A stretch of DNA of 64,000 bases from Lama guanicoe (taxonomy: Eukaryota): assembly GCA_013239625.1 (NCBI GenBank), contig MU053513.1, positions 2,654,927 through 2,718,926 on the forward strand. Direction: 5' to 3'. Within the stretch, counting starts at the first letter, position 1, and each line of letters starts with the position of its first letter. The notes beneath the pieces were generated by a model that saw only the letters and a program-made list of their open reading frames with translations, was not told where the DNA came from and made no database searches. The position numbers were made by a program, and so were the translations under genes. This document shows, in pieces, positions 26,376-40,479 of this stretch.

Positions 26376-27379
26376 CTTTCTTGATAAGGTCATTTGGGTG
26401 ACCCCAGGTTGTTTGGCAGCTGTGGAGCACCACTTCTGAAAAAGGTTAAATTTCCTGTCTTCCATCCAGACTTTCTGACAAACTGGGGCATGGCCAGCTC
26501 TCCTCCTCCAGCCAGACGCTCAGCCTGGGTACAGCACTCTCGCCAGTGGTTGCTCCCCATCCACGTCCAACACTGTTGATGCTGTTCTCCAGGACCAAGC
26601 CATCACTGTGCTATATTTGGACCTTGAATCCTTTGATTCTTTTTTTTTAAACTGTCACCACTTAGTATCATAGTACAATAGGTAAGCCTTTCAGGAGCAA
26701 CAGACCAAAAACTGGATTTTTAACCTTTATTTTCATCGAATTTGGGTTATTTGCAAGGACCAACAAACCCAGTGCACACATATTCGCACACAGCAGCCTC
26801 CCAGCCAATTTGTCACTGAGTCTGAAGTATCACTATGTAAATAGACTTCCTTTATCTCTGCTGGTGTGTCTTCTAAATGGAAAATATTCCAGAAACCGGG
26901 TCGCATTGAGTTACACGCACTTTTTCCTCTGTGAAGGAACCGTCGCAGCAGTGTGGGTTAGGAATGGGCGCCAAATGGTTGGGAAGAGGGACCACGGGGA
27001 GGTGAAAGACACTAACGAGCAACTTTGCTTATTATACAACCAGACCTGCAGTCAATCCTGCAATCTGGGGTCTGAGGAGGAGCAGCAATGGTGGGAACGA
27101 CTTAAAGCACCATCTGCTTAAAAAGTCATTTGAAAATTGGGAGAGAGCAGAAGAGGCAAGAGTCTTGACTAAAAGCTCCCAAATTGAATCTAGAAATTTT
27201 GCCTGTGTATTGATTTTTTCCAGGTATTCCTGCTGAATTGTATTTTCCCTACTACTTGCCTTTTTCTTCTACTTTTTCTACCTTTCTATCCTTCATTATT
27301 GGGCTGACCAAGCACTAGTAGAGATCACTGAAAATTGCAGCATTATTTGTACATGATGAGAAAAAAACAGGTCTCACAT

Positions 27380-27755
27380 ATTCACCCATTTATTCATTTT
27401 TCAATAAATATTGAAAATATTGATGCTACTATGTACCATTGACTAGACGCTGGTGATGAATACTGAATGTTTTCCTAAAGAGCATATGGTCTCATGGGGG
27501 AGACACATTTTAAAACAATCACAGTGTAACAAAGCAGAGCCCAGGTGTTTCAGTGTCAGTACCAGGTACAGTCCAGAAATGAAGTGAGGATCTCTGGTTT
27601 CCCCTTGCCAGCTGCACCACTACTCAAAATGTGAAGCTTTGGACGACTTACTTAGCCTCTTTGGGTCATCTTAATTTTCTTGTCTCTGAAATGAGATAGT
27701 TGAACTAAGTTCTACCTAAGGTTTCTTCTTCTAATTTTAAAATCAAATGATTCTG
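27380..27755. mobile_element. L2 3' end (minus) followed by MIR fragment (plus)
   Basis: atttattcatttttcaataaatatt ... ctactatgtacca, then tttggacgacttacttagcctctttggg ... tctctgaaatgag. Confidence 0.6.
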
Positions 27756-30700
27756 TGATCATTATCCTCAACAGTCAATTTGTTTTAACCTTTAGCCATT
27801 TGGCAGTACCATGTTCCAGGCATATTGGATGTGTAATTAACAAGCATATTAATTACACAGAGCACATTTAATGCACACTTGTGTGATGGGCATGCCACTA
27901 AATGCCTGGGGTATGCACAGAAAGGGTATCCAGCTTCAACTCTACCTTGCAATAGTAGTGGATATAGTCACTAAACTTTTGGAGGGAGAATTCCATGTTT
28001 TCCTCTCTCACACCACTGCTCATTGAAGGTGTTGGAATGCATGTCTAAGACCAGGGGTACAGCTGAACCACAGCTCTGAGGGCAAAGCATAATTTGAGAG
28101 GGGGGGAAATACCTAAATTAGAGAAAAATCATTTTTATGTGTTTTTCTAGGAGCTGGTCCCTCCACAGAGTTGCTGTCAAGGACCCAGATAATGGTAGAG
28201 CTCCAGGGTAAAGGAGAGGAGGATGTTTGTATGACATACGGATGCCCACTCTGCAAAATAAGTTCCCTGGACTCATTCTGGTCCAGCCCGGAGAGTCATT
28301 TCTGAGGGTTCAACAGCCAAGCTTTCAGAACAGAACCCTCAAAGGATAAATAGGGTACAACTGTCAAAGTGATCTGTCTCCATCACACTCTTGGCCACAG
28401 GAAAAGAGGTTCAGGAATTTCAGGGTTTGGCATCTGGTCAAAGATCTTTCCATCTCAACCTCTAATAAGGAAAAATTTTACCACATTTTTGATATTGATT
28501 GCTTTTAAGCCCAACTTGCCTTATTTTGTTTCAGGATAGACATCATAATAATTAGCTCACAAGCTCTTCAAGCAAGCTGTGCTGCGTTCGATTCAGACTG
28601 GGGAGATTGATACCGCCCAAGTGCCCTGTCCTACAAACGGCACTTAATTAGTTGCCTTTTTTCCACTGGTGCCTCTGATATATTTGGGATGTGAACTCAC
28701 ATGAGGTTTCCTACCCACAATACTTGCTAGGGCTAGCAAAGTGCTTTCTTCTCAAAATACTCAGAGCTAGTGTCTATGTAATGATACTTGCCGTGGAATA
28801 ATGACAACTGCTAGATTAATACAGAAATTCTTCTGAATAAATGCCCTGGTGATCTGGGTCCCTAAGGGAATTCACTGGCCTGGATGGCACCAGCTCGGAG
28901 AATTCTTACAGCAGCACCATCTCTAGACTCCCCTGCAGTGTGGGTGTACTAGAAAGGAGGATGTATAAATTAAACCCAAGCAGACCTTCCGAGGTTCAAT
29001 AAAAACAACAACAAAAAGACTTGAGCCCGTGTATGTGAAGTTGTTTATGCTTTTCAGCTTGGAGTGATCTAGTGATAACTATCAGATGCCTTAAAAAATT
29101 CTAAAAGGGTCTCCTCTGGGGCCAAACATTGTCTTGTAATTTGTCACTCATGTACACTGCACTATGTGCCGGCTGGCCTTCAGCCATGGCACTTTTTATA
29201 CCGTCTACATTTGGGGATCGATAAAAACAATTATTGTCATCTACAAAGAAACAATCAAGATTCCCACAGGAATGATAAGAGACTTTAAGCCCCTAATTCA
29301 GTGCAATAGGAAAGCTTAAATTAATGCAGCAGAATAATGAGCCATGCAGGGGAAAATAAAGGCAGGAGTGTGAAAAGGAAGCTATCAATCATTTGTTTCC
29401 GCCGGCTACGCTTTGCATCCCACCGCTCCTTGGTAGTCAAGGTACTTACCACTTGGAAACTGCTTAAATTTACTTGCTCATCTCTTGGAAAAATGATGCT
29501 GTCAACACCTTGATGTAGCACATGCCTGAAGGCATATCACTTAAAATATGATCTTTCATCTAGTTTATTACCAATAAAATAGAAGCTACCATGCCCCTTG
29601 ATGTTCGCCCCTGTACCTTGATGTCTAAAGGCCATCATGTGTCCACAGGGATTCGTTGTCTGTCACACTAGCCTTATTTTTACCAATCTCGGTATTTGTG
29701 GCTGTCAGCATCCTTCATTTGCCTGCATCCCTGCTTCTGAGCATGCTCCTTTGTCTTCTTGTTTTGGGAAACATATTGCAAAGCATTTTTCTCCTATTGC
29801 CTGGCAAGCTAGAACTTCCTGGTGAGTAATATTTCTTTCCCTTTTGGATAATTTCAGGTAAGGAACTGGGGAAACAAAAATGGTTACTTTTCAAAAGAAA
29901 ATTGAATTATATTGAATTTATTACCTCTTCACTGGATGCTCTAATTATTGAGCACCATTAGCTCAGTGACTTGGGTTCTGAACTCAAGAGGCTTATACTT
30001 TGATGGACAAAATAATAGCACATTATCTCTGTCTGGGTTTTTTAATCTTAGCATATTTTAGGTGAGATAACTCTCTGTTGTGGAGGATGTCCTGTACGGT
30101 AAGTTCTCTTTCACATTTTACTTGATTCCTCTGTTCCAAGCTCACCTGAATCCTAAGAAGTCTGTAGATTTCTTGACTCCCTGGTATCTCCTCGTGGCTC
30201 CCAGGGTGGTGGGTTGCCCTGGGAATGCCCTAAATCCAGGTTCTCCAGATTCTCCTTATCCACAGTTCCCACTCTGCCTGCTCACTGTCCCACTGGCTTT
30301 CCTCATCCAGCCAGGAATCTTACTTCCATCTTCTTGACAAGTCTATCTGAAGCCATTCAGGCTTGGTCAGTACTGAATGATTATCATACCATTCAACACA
30401 ACCCTAGGCATCAGAAAATTCACTTGGCCTAAACCCAAAGGGCAAGTTTTGGCCTGGAATGGGGGATGTGCAGTGAGGAAGGGGAAAAAGTGTCCAGGAG
30501 CAAGGATGAGGGGTCTAGTCACCTCCGTCTCTGTGGTTGCCTCCGCTTCATGGAATGGTTCCTTTAGGGGCCTTTGGTTCTACTGTTTCTGGTTCATTTC
30601 TTCTACGAGCCAATGCAAACAAGGCCTGGGGCATTCCAAGCAAAAATTGCAACAGCATAATCATCATTTATCAAAGCCCAAAGGGGATCAAGACCCTCCC

Positions 30701-31919
30701 AATTGTGGAGGTTTACTGGAGAGCACAATATTGGCAGCCGTTTCTGAAATCTGCTATACTCAGGAGTAAACAGGGAATTTAAAACAAGAATTAATCAATA
30801 TTTCAGGTCTGGTTTTAACACTATTGGACCTCAGTTCTCTCATCAATATAGTATACTGGCAGGATAAATGAAAACAGCAGAGCAAGTTTCCATATAGCTT
30901 CCTAGGGAGAAGGAATACCTACAGAATACAGATTATTCAATTAAAAACATTCTTCCTTGATTTTTCCTTCAAAAGCACATGGAGAATGAAAGAGTACATT
31001 TAAACAAGGAGACTGGCCAAGGAAAACAGCTGATGATTATCAGTGGCACCTTGGGATTCAATCTAATATTGTGAACCAGTCTAACGGAAGCAGAGCTCAA
31101 AGTGTGAAAACAATTTCAGCTGTCCCCAAGTCATACATTTTTGTATGTCATTCGATAGTCAGAAGCTATGGTAATACTCTGGAGTTTGCCCATTATATCA
31201 ACACTGTGTATTTGCACTATCTGTCAATGGGGCATGCCCAGCAAATCTTTAGGCAGCAAAAACTTTCTGCAAATCTGGTGGTAGAATTCTCGATCGTGGC
31301 TTGAATCATTTGCAAATGGACATAAATTTTCAAATGGATAAAAACATCGTATTGTGGATGATTCTTAAGAGAATGCACCAAATGAAAGGAATCTAGGGCT
31401 GGAAAATAATGAAAAATGGACCATGGGTAAATGGTGAAAGCAGTAAATCTTGGAAGACTGCACTACCATCCCAAACAGCTCATGCGAAATGCCTGTGCTA
31501 ATCAGTAGGCGTTTGGACTGTAAATATAACAAATAGTTTTCCTGCCATAGGATCAACAGGACTCTGACTAGTAATGAATGCAATGAAATTGTACAAAAGG
31601 AGCGTAATAAGAAATGACTGTGTTCTTTTCAAAAGGTACATTTAAAAGTAAAATGGTACCGCTCCCAAAGGTATGATTTATGGCTGCTGTAGGAATAGAA
31701 GATACCACTCACAAAAATTACTTTGTTCATTCATCTCAGAAATTAAAAGGTTATTTTGCTCTTGTCCTTGGGCTTTAAAGCCTCTTCAATTGGAAATGCT
31801 GTTTTCCGAGATTTCATTCACTTTCTTAAATGAACCACGGAACCTCAGGAATGGTGGAGCTGGATGTTGGAGACCTCTTTGCACCACCTCATTAAGTCAG
31901 GACTGGTTCCTTCACCATT

Positions 31920-32282
31920 CAGGACTGCCGACTTGTATCCCTTCCAGATCCATATGTTTAAGCCCTGACCTCCACTGTGACGGTGTCTGGAGACGGGGCC
32001 TTGCTGAGGTAAGTAGCTTTACCTGAGGTCATGAGAGTAGGGCCCTCCTGATGGGATTACTACCCTTCCATGAAGAGGAAGAGACACCAGAGCTCTCTCC
32101 CTTCGCACTATATAAGGACACAGCAGGAAGCCTATGAGCCAGAGAGTTCTCACCAAAACCTGACCACGTTGGCACTCTCATCTCAGACTTCGAGCATCCA
32201 GAACTATCAGAAAATGAATTTCTGTTGTTTGAAACTCCCCATCAATGGTATTTTGTTATGCCAGCCCAAGTGGATTAAGACA
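31920..32282 (+). mobile_element. MaLR solo LTR (MLT1A-like)
   Basis: catatgtttaagccctgacctcc ... gaggtcatgagagtagggcc ... tcagacttcgagcatccagaact ... tggtattttgttatgccagcccaagtggattaagaca. Confidence 0.85.
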
Positions 32283-32530
32283 ATGGGTGTCTGTCAAACC
32301 TAAACACCCCGCTGTATTTTCCAGGACTCCTCTTCCCGAACTGTCTTGTCTAGTCGTGGGGGTCCATTTATTGCTTGCTAAGCACATCTTGTGCATGTCA
32401 GCCTCTGTCTTTCTACTCTCTTTACTTGTGTAGATTTTCCTTCTTCCTGAAACGCTGTCCCCACGTCCTCTCCAGTTTCTAATCTTATCAAGCTTTGATT
32501 CTCCTTACCCTGCTGCCCCTCATCCACTCC

Positions 32531-32776
32531 GGATAGATTGGGAGTTTGGGACTGACAGATGCACATTACTATAGGTGAGGTGGATAAGCCGCAAGGACCT
32601 ACTGTATAGTACAGGGAACTCTATTCAATTTCTTGTAATGCGCTGTAATGGGAAAGAAACTGAAAATGTACATATGTATGTATGTATATGTGTAACTGAA
32701 TCGCTTTGCTGTACACCTGGAACTAACACTAAATCGACTACACTTCAATAAAAAAATAGGAATTAAAAAAAAAAAA
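32531..32776 (+). mobile_element. Artiodactyl-type LINE-1 3'-terminal fragment with poly-A
   Basis: ggatagattgggagtttggga ... caaggacctactgtatagtacagggaact ... tttgctgtacacctggaactaacac ... cttcaataaaa. Confidence 0.88.
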
Positions 32777-33974
32777 GGATCTGTTGAGTGCACTGTAGGT
32801 GTGAGGCACAGGAAAGACCAAGTTGCCCCTGATCTCAGCTCGGGGTCAAGTGGGGGAAGACTCGATGAGTATTTTCAAAAACAGGGCTTCAAGGAGGTGC
32901 TTCCCCTGCGAGTGCTGTGAAAATACAGAGGAAAGAGCAACAGGCCCAGCTGGGGGGGAACTGGGGAAGGTAACTCCTTCGTCAGCAGGAGGTGAGAGCT
33001 GAGCTGCAGAGGAAGGGGAGCAAGAACACCAGGCAGGAAAAGGAGCAGAAGGAGACCCTTTCAGGAGGAGGGAATGGCCTCTGCAGCCGCACTGAGGTGT
33101 AAGAATAACAGGGACACGGGTTGGTCCTGATCTGTCCTCGGCTCTGGAATGAGTCTCAGAGCATCATCAGTGCTTAATTTTTGTGATAGATTGTTGGTTA
33201 GAGACAGGATGCATAAGTAACGCTGACTTGTTTTTCTTCCTTCCATTATGTTTTGAAATATTAGGGATATCTTGATGTTCTGTATAGCTAGTTTTTTCAG
33301 ATGATGGAAATTTATATATCTGGAGAAAAGTATCTAGGGGAAAATTGGCAGAATTATATATTTTCCTCCTCATTAAATTCCTCATTAATTCAGGAATGAG
33401 AAAAATGTAAACAAGATATGACTAAAAATAAAAACAATTTTGAAATGTGTGATGCTCACAGAGGTAGCCAGTGTTCGTCTGTGTTTTAAGCTGTTACAAG
33501 TCATGCACAAATTCATCTGATCTCCACGTACGTCCAAGCTGGCTTCCTCAGTGCACACCCGCAGGCTCTCGACCATTAAAAGGGAGACAGTTTTTACATA
33601 AATATTTAATTTACTGAGGTTTTTTTTTTTTTTTTTTGAAATGAAAGCAGTTACCATTGCTGCTTTAAGGATGTGAACCCTTGGAAATACCTTTCTGGTC
33701 TGGAAATGCTGAGCTTAATAACCTCTATAGCAGCATCTGCTCTACCCAGTGAAGCTTCTGGCAGAAAGGATTATGCCAGGTACCCTAACACCCAGTCTCT
33801 ACTCTGAGTGACTGCTACCTTCCCTGGATCTCTAGTTTTCCTAAATGGCCCATAATTTTGAGGACATGAAGTATTATGAATATCCTGTGTGCGTTCTAGT
33901 TTCAGATTTTTCAAGATACTATAGAGGCCCTTGTCTCAAGGGCAACAGACTTTCTTTCACCTTTCCTGTGCTAG

Positions 33975-34370
33975 GCTGTGTTGTTCCTTCCCTCCTTGAA
34001 CATGGCGTGGCCCAAGGGTCGGTATCTTTCCTGCCTAATAGCTTTAAGGTTTGGCCCAATGACTTGCTTTGACCGTGAACCATATGTAGAAGTGAACACT
34101 GAGACAGCTCCCAGTGGAGATTTTAAGAAGTATCACATGGTTCCCATTTCTCCATCGTGAGAGCAGCATATCCCAGGCAGAGGGTGCTCCTTCAGCCTGG
34201 GGCCTAGGATGAGGAATCCCATGTTGCAGATAGGAGCCCCAAACTAGAGCCAAGTCAGCTAAGCTCTGCGGAGCTGTAGCTGATCACAGACCTGTGAGTA
34301 GGAAATACATGTCCTTGTAAGCCACTGAGTTTCAGGGTTATTTGATATTCAGCAAAAAGCTGACTAAATA
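33975..34370 (+). mobile_element. MaLR solo LTR (MLT1H/I-like)
   Basis: tgacttgctttgacc ... tgctccttcagcctggggcc ... ttgtaagccactgagtttcagggttatttg ... agctgactaaata. Confidence 0.75.
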
Positions 34371-34384
34371 AACTGACTAAATAA

Positions 34385-34560
34385 TAATAACTTCTATTAT
34401 TTATGGCACATTAATACATACTAGACGTCATGCCAAGAGCTGTGCATAGGTCATTTGATTTAATCCTCACAATAACCCCATCCTATGAGAAGTATTAATA
34501 TCCCATTGTACAAATGAAGGTTTGGGGACGTATAAAGTACTTGTCCAAAGGCAGTCATAC
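34385..34560 (-). mobile_element. MIR SINE
   Basis: atttaatcctcacaataaccc ... tcccattgtacaaatgaagg. Confidence 0.75.
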
Positions 34561-35824
34561 CAGACAACTCAGGTCCTTAGGTAAGTTCTTTCTTGGTTAC
34601 CATCATTCTCAGTTTTGCCCGAGGCATCACATGTCTGATAGAACAGCCATCAGAGGACCTCAGTTCTTTTGGTTCTACAGTTAACCCTCCAGGAAATCTT
34701 GAACATGTTGCTGCTGCTTCTTGGGCCAAGTTTTATTTTGTTTTCTTTTGTTTTGTTCTGTTTTCGATGGCAGAATAAAATTGGCTGAGGTAGGCATAGG
34801 GTCTCTCGTCGCTAAAGTTCTGTAATTGTAGTTACAGTAACATAGTCCACGTTAGAGAGATTATAAATGCATAGCCTTATTTTTAGCACAGAGTTATCAC
34901 CGCTTTATAGATTTGTGTTTATAACTTCACCATTCAAAACACTTCTTAGAATCTCAGCCGGGGTCATGTTCAAATAACACCTTTAGGCCACTTGATGTGG
35001 GTATATGCATCAACTTTAAAAACAAATAAAGGGTAAGTCCTGAAAATGAAGATCAAGTTCCTGGATTTACCTCATTCCCCAGGCATGGCTTCCTTTCAGC
35101 CATCAGGCTCTATAACTTTTCAATAAATTATCCTCTTTGGCTTGTGTCAGCTGAAGGAGGCATCTGTTCCTTGCAACCAAAGGTTGGGAGTTGGACTAGT
35201 TGACCTCCAACATCCTTTCTAACACAATGAGTCTATGCAACACTCTAGGTATAATTAGGGACTTAGCTTCTAACTAACCCTTAATTCTTATTAACAAGCA
35301 CTATTTGATCTGACCCTAGTTCTATACTCAGGCTTAAATAAGTTGCTTCTTTCTAACTTACTTTTCAACATATCCTGAAGTCATGCCCTTCCTAAACTGA
35401 CGTGGCCTTCAGTACTCTGAGTGCTAATCACCTTTCTCCACCTCAGGCACAGGGGCCTGCTCAGCTGCCAACCTGGTAAAGGTGATTAAGGGAAGGTCTT
35501 GGCTTCCTCTCTCCTTGTTTCCTTATCAGTAATTTCCTCTGCATATACTTTCCTTAAGACTAAGAAGGAAAAAAAAGTGGGGGGGGGGGTAGATTGTAAT
35601 CAGGTAGGAGTATACCTAAGTAGAGAAAAGATTTTTTTTTCCGCCACTTTAAGTTTTTAGAAGAGAAAAGAAAGGACCCACTTTCCCTTAGCTTTTTGAC
35701 TTAATTAGAACTTGAGCTAAAGCAAGCATTTCCTTTAGAAATAGTTCTAGCACAGAATCAGACTCAAACTCGCTTTCTGAGCCATTGTTTCACTTTCTAA
35801 ATGAGTATTTCCATTTAAAAATAA

Positions 35825-35952
35825 CTTTAAAAATTGAGGTGTAACTGACATACAGTATTCTATTAGTTTCAGGTGTACAACATAATGACATGGCATTTGT
35901 ATATATTTCTAAATGTTCACCACAAGTCTAGTTATCATCCGTCACCACACAT
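35825..35952 (-). mobile_element. LINE-1 3'-terminal fragment
   Basis: attgaggtgtaactgacataca ... tattagtttcaggtgtacaacataatga. Confidence 0.8.
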
Positions 35953-36817
35953 AGAATTTAGAAAAAAACTATAAAAGTTAAAACTTTTAAAGTTAAAATG
36001 CTTTTTAAAAATTTGGCTCACAAAAGAAGGCTAATTCAATTAGAAAAGGTCAGAAGCAACAACTGACATACGAGTCTTCAGGGACTGAGAATTTCAGTCT
36101 CTAACTTAGAGAAGGAGGTTTAATTTGTCATTTTTCCAATAGGCTGACATTCTTGACTACCTCATGCATAATACCTTTGCCAAATTATAGGCTGTCATCA
36201 GTGCATCAAAGCAGGCACTGACCCAGTTCTTCTCCTCCAACACCAGCAAATTCCTAAAAGGGGCGTCTGTCTGCTCCAGCAGAAGCCCTGAAGTCAAACG
36301 ACTTGGTGATGGAATCTTCCTTGAAACAGTCAGAGCTAATGGAGTCTCACCTATTAAACAAGCTGTTTGTCTACTAAGGTAGAATGTTATTCCAATTTAA
36401 CCCTGCCTGGGAGTTTTAGTCCAAAAAAATCAATTTTCTCTCCATTCTTGAGATGGGATGAGGTTTGAGAGGAGAAAATTCTTCCTTTGAAGTCTATCCA
36501 GATTCTCCAGTTGAGCTGGATTTCTTGCTTAGTGGAGCGAAGAATTTCTTTCCTGGAGGTGTGTCTTCCCCACAGGGCCTGACTGGCAGTCCATGGCGAA
36601 AGCACCTGTGTGTTTTTGCTTACAGTAAATCTGTCCGTGGGAAGAAGTCCTTCTCCTGCACACCCTCCCCATCCCTCCCTATGTAACAGCTTCTCCTGTA
36701 CTATGTTCTTTTGTTTAAGGACCATCTTTCTGATCAGAGAAAAGGTAACAGCAATAATTCCTTTTCTGCCATCAGAAGAGATAACTTTTGTGTTTCCAGA
36801 GTTCTTCTAACCCAGTA

Positions 36818-37115
36818 ATTTTTTCTCACTGAAGTATAGTTGACTTACAATATTGTGTTAGAATAACGATGCTGTTAGTTAAAGCATAGTGATTCAGTAT
36901 TTTTGCAAATTACATTCCATTCTAGGTTATTCCAAGATAATGGGTATAATCACTGTGCTATATATACAGTGCCTCTGTAGCTTGTCTATTTTATATACAG
37001 CAGTTTGGATCGGTTAATCCCATACCCTAATTTGTTCTCCCCTCTTCCCCCACTTAGGTAACCACAAGTTTGTTTTCTGTGACTGTGAGTCTGTTTCTGT
37101 CTTGTATATACATTA
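36818..37115 (-). mobile_element. LINE-1 3'-terminal fragment
   Basis: ctgaagtatagttgacttacaatattgtgttag ... ggtaaccacaagtttgttttctgtgactgtgagtctgtttctg. Confidence 0.85.
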
Positions 37116-38149
37116 AGTCCAGTCATTTTGTTGATCCAGAGTAGACAAAATGTCATAAAATGGAAACTAGAACACAGAGCAAAGCATTGTATCTTAGAAA
37201 ATACCAGGAAGAAAAACAGAACAGAACTTAGGAAATGTCTCTTATTTGAAAGCATCTGATTGAGATGTGAGAATGTTGTTATCCCCACAGATTCTCCTAC
37301 ATTGCAACAGTCACAGAATGTCAGAAATCTCCACACCCAGCCATAAAAATGAGGAGGACACAGGAAAACAGTTGGGAAGATCCCCTGCCTGGCAGACTTG
37401 CTTTCAGCAGTTGGTGACAACACTTTATGCCCACGTTTGACCAAAGGGGCTGTAAAGAAGTGACTAGAAGAGCAACGGAACTCTGAAGGCGGTTGGGCAG
37501 CAGCAGGAGATGAAGGGAATTGCTCCTGTTTTTCAAGCTCACACATTGGATTCCCTTCATTCCTCCTCCCTTCCCCTTGCCTCTGCTGAAGTGTCCATCA
37601 TCACGCCAAGAGGATGAAAAGAACTACGTATTTGCTTTTTGTAGAAGGGACATAGGAGGCATGGAATTTTGTGAAAGCCTCAGCCGTAAATAAGAAAGTG
37701 GGCTGAAGCAGCTGCAACAGCATGGATGGACCTGGAGGGTATGATGCTTAGGGAAATAACTAAGCATATTTATCCTCATGAACCGGATAAAGGGAACTGG
37801 TGAGTGATGCTGACCAGCTGGGTTCTCACCAGCTCCCTCCTCATCGCTGCAGCACCAATCCTTGTGCTTCTGGAGCTGCGTGTCCAGGCCCTTCCACCAT
37901 TCTCCCTCTCTGGAAAAACTCTTTACTGTCCTCTGAGCCAAAATCTGTTAAAGGTTGTGATTCCTCAGTCTCGTTCCTTCTCCGGGGGTGTCGTTTCTTC
38001 CTGTTGTAGCCATCAATGGCACGGTACTGATTCCACCCTCTACCCCTGGAGCCCTGGCTCCACTTCCCAGTCACAGCCCTGATCCCCCTCTCCCTAGAGG
38101 CATTGTTTCCAGTCCTCTGCACCTTTCCCCAAGCTCCATTACCACCACT

Positions 38150-38300
38150 GCTCCTGATAATGGATTCTGATACTATTGTCCTGGGGGTATAGTCTGGGCA
38201 TTGATACTTAATTTAAAAAAACAAAGTGTTTTCTTTTTTAAATCTTTCCTGAGTGTTTATAATGTGATGTGTATTACCACGGTTGAAAGTCACTGCTATA
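38150..38300. mobile_element. MER5-like hAT-Charlie DNA transposon remnant
   Basis: gattctgatact ... ctgggcatt ... ggttgaaagtcactgct end motif. Confidence 0.5.
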
Positions 38301-38507
38301 AATGCTAGTTAGGTTTGAGGATTCTATTAGAAGTTGAGTTCCACTTTATTATGAATTAAATTAGCTTTTGAGGATTGGCCTGAGAATCTAACCACTATTT
38401 TAAAATTTGTTTCTTTGGAAAAATGTGTTCCAATTATAAACAGCTAATTGCAAACTGACTGGAAACTTGCCAGTGAGGAAATGCTGGTCAGCAAAGGTAT
38501 ATCATCT

Positions 38508-38980
38508 ATTTTTTTTAAAGTTTATTTGTTTAATTGAAATAAAGTTGATTTACAATATTGTATTAGTTCCAGGTGTACAGCATAGTGATTCAATATTTTT
38601 ACAGATTATACTCCACTTAAAGTTATTTAAAAAAATGGCTCTATTTCCCTGTGCTGTACCATGCGTCCGTGTTGCTTATCTATTTTACACATAGTAGTTC
38701 ATATCTTTTCATCCCATACCTCTCTCTTGCCCCTCCTCCTTTCCCTCTCCCCAAGGGTAACCACTAGTTTGTTCTCTAAATCTGTAAGTCTGTTTCTGCT
38801 TTGTTACATATACATTCATTTGTTTTCTTTTTTTAGATTCCACATGTAAATGATAACATACAGTATTTATCCTTCTGTGTCTGAGTTATTTCACTAAGCG
38901 TAATACCCTCCAGGTCCATCCATGTTGCTGCAACTGGCAACATTTCTTTCTTTTTTATCGTTGAATGATATTCCATTGTG
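38508..38980 (-). mobile_element. LINE-1 3' fragment
   Basis: gttgatttacaatattgtattagttccaggtgtacagcatagtgattca. ORF 38833-39033 contains ATWMDLEGITLSEITQTQKDKY (L1 ORF2 C-terminus / 3' UTR). Confidence 0.9.
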
Positions 38981-39267
38981 TGTGTGTTTATGATCACTAT
39001 GTCTGGCACACAGTAAGCACCCAATTTGTCCACCTTAGCTGAATAATTTTTGGAATGAAGGCTGTTCCTAAGTAAGAAGTTGCTAACATTTTTTTCCCAA
39101 GGAATTTTAAATAGTATGTCAGTGTTTTCTCATTGATGATGTAACAAAGATATTTACCAATATGTCTAAGGATGTGCCACATGTCAGCGATACAACCAAA
39201 ATCACCACTCAAAATTTGGTAATTTTTATTTTTGTATCCACTTGTATCCACTTACCTCCAGAATCAA

Positions 39268-39540
39268 GTTTTCCTCCCAGCTTTATTGAGATATTAAGGG
39301 CATGTATCGTAAGAAAGTTTAAGAGGTACATGTATATACTGCAAAATGATCACCACAATAAGGTTGGCTAACATCTCCATTTCTTCATATTATCATAGTT
39401 TATGTGTGTGTGAGTGAGCGAGTGAGAGAGAGAGAGAGGTGATAACACTGAAGTTATATTCTCCTAAATTTTTTCAGGTATACACTACAGCATTGTTAAT
39501 TACAGTCACCATGCTCTGTATTAGATCCCCAACTCTCATT
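39268..39540 (-). mobile_element. LINE-1 (L1MA-like) 3' end with internal (TG)/(GA) microsatellite
   Basis: cccagctttattgagatat ... gttaattacagtcaccatgctctgtattagatcccca. Confidence 0.8.
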
Positions 39541-40479
39541 TTTCTTACAGTTGAGATAGAATAAAGTTTTAAAGTCCCCTTTTTTCAGTCGGTTGGCCCA
39601 CGGCTCAGTCAGAATTCTGATTTTATCTGTCAGGACTGAAATGTGCTCTGTTTTTCGTAAACAACAAATTATAGCACAGGGGTGGCCACATATGGTGTTC
39701 CAAAAAAAAAAAAAAGAGAGAGAGAGAGAGAATAAATGAAGATGGGGCATTAAAAGATGGAAATATGTATTTTTGTAATTTTTTGGACTCACGATAGGTG
39801 TTTCAACACCAGGAGGTGTACTCAGTGTTAAATCCCTGAAATCAGGAGGTAAAATATCAATTCGCCTAAGTTAATTTCAGCCTTGAATTTTCACTGCAAA
39901 GCAAACTGTCAGAAAATTAAGAGTGTCATTCGCCCCTTCCTGAAGTTGTAAAGCACACACTTAATGGGATCACGTGGCAATGAAAGTCCAGGTCGTTCCA
40001 CACAGGGAAGACGCTCCCCTCCCTGCTTTCGGTGGCCATCGTGCACCCCTCTTGCTGTTCTCGCCTCCAGTCATATAATCAGCAAAGTCCAGAAAGTGAC
40101 ATTTGCATACCGGCCTCCTGTAGGAAAGCTTTCTCAGTCCTCCTGTCAGCACAAATCTCACTCAATTACGCCAGCCTCAGAATTGCCATTGTACTTCTCA
40201 GAAGGCCACTTTCCAGTTTTCCAGTGGCTTTGGACCTGCCACTTCTTTGAGCAACCCTGACTGTAAGACCATTTACCACTCACCTTCAGCTGTGCCTGGC
40301 GCAATTCTCTAGAACTAGCATGCTGTCAGTAGGACCGATGCCTTCGGGATGGTGCCCAGACTTACTGAGAAGGCTTTCTAAAACCCACGCGGGCGAGTGC
40401 TGATTTGCATATGATAAGCCAAGGGAACCTAAGTGCTCACAACCGTGGTGCTGTGAGTGCTGCATCCTCCTGCTGGCGG

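Noticed and set aside
36986..37546. Longest ORF in the track (186 aa), and similarly 61001-61531 and 40722-41231
   Set aside because: Non-ATG or weak starts, composition typical of random DNA, and partial overlap with L1 or LTR repeats.
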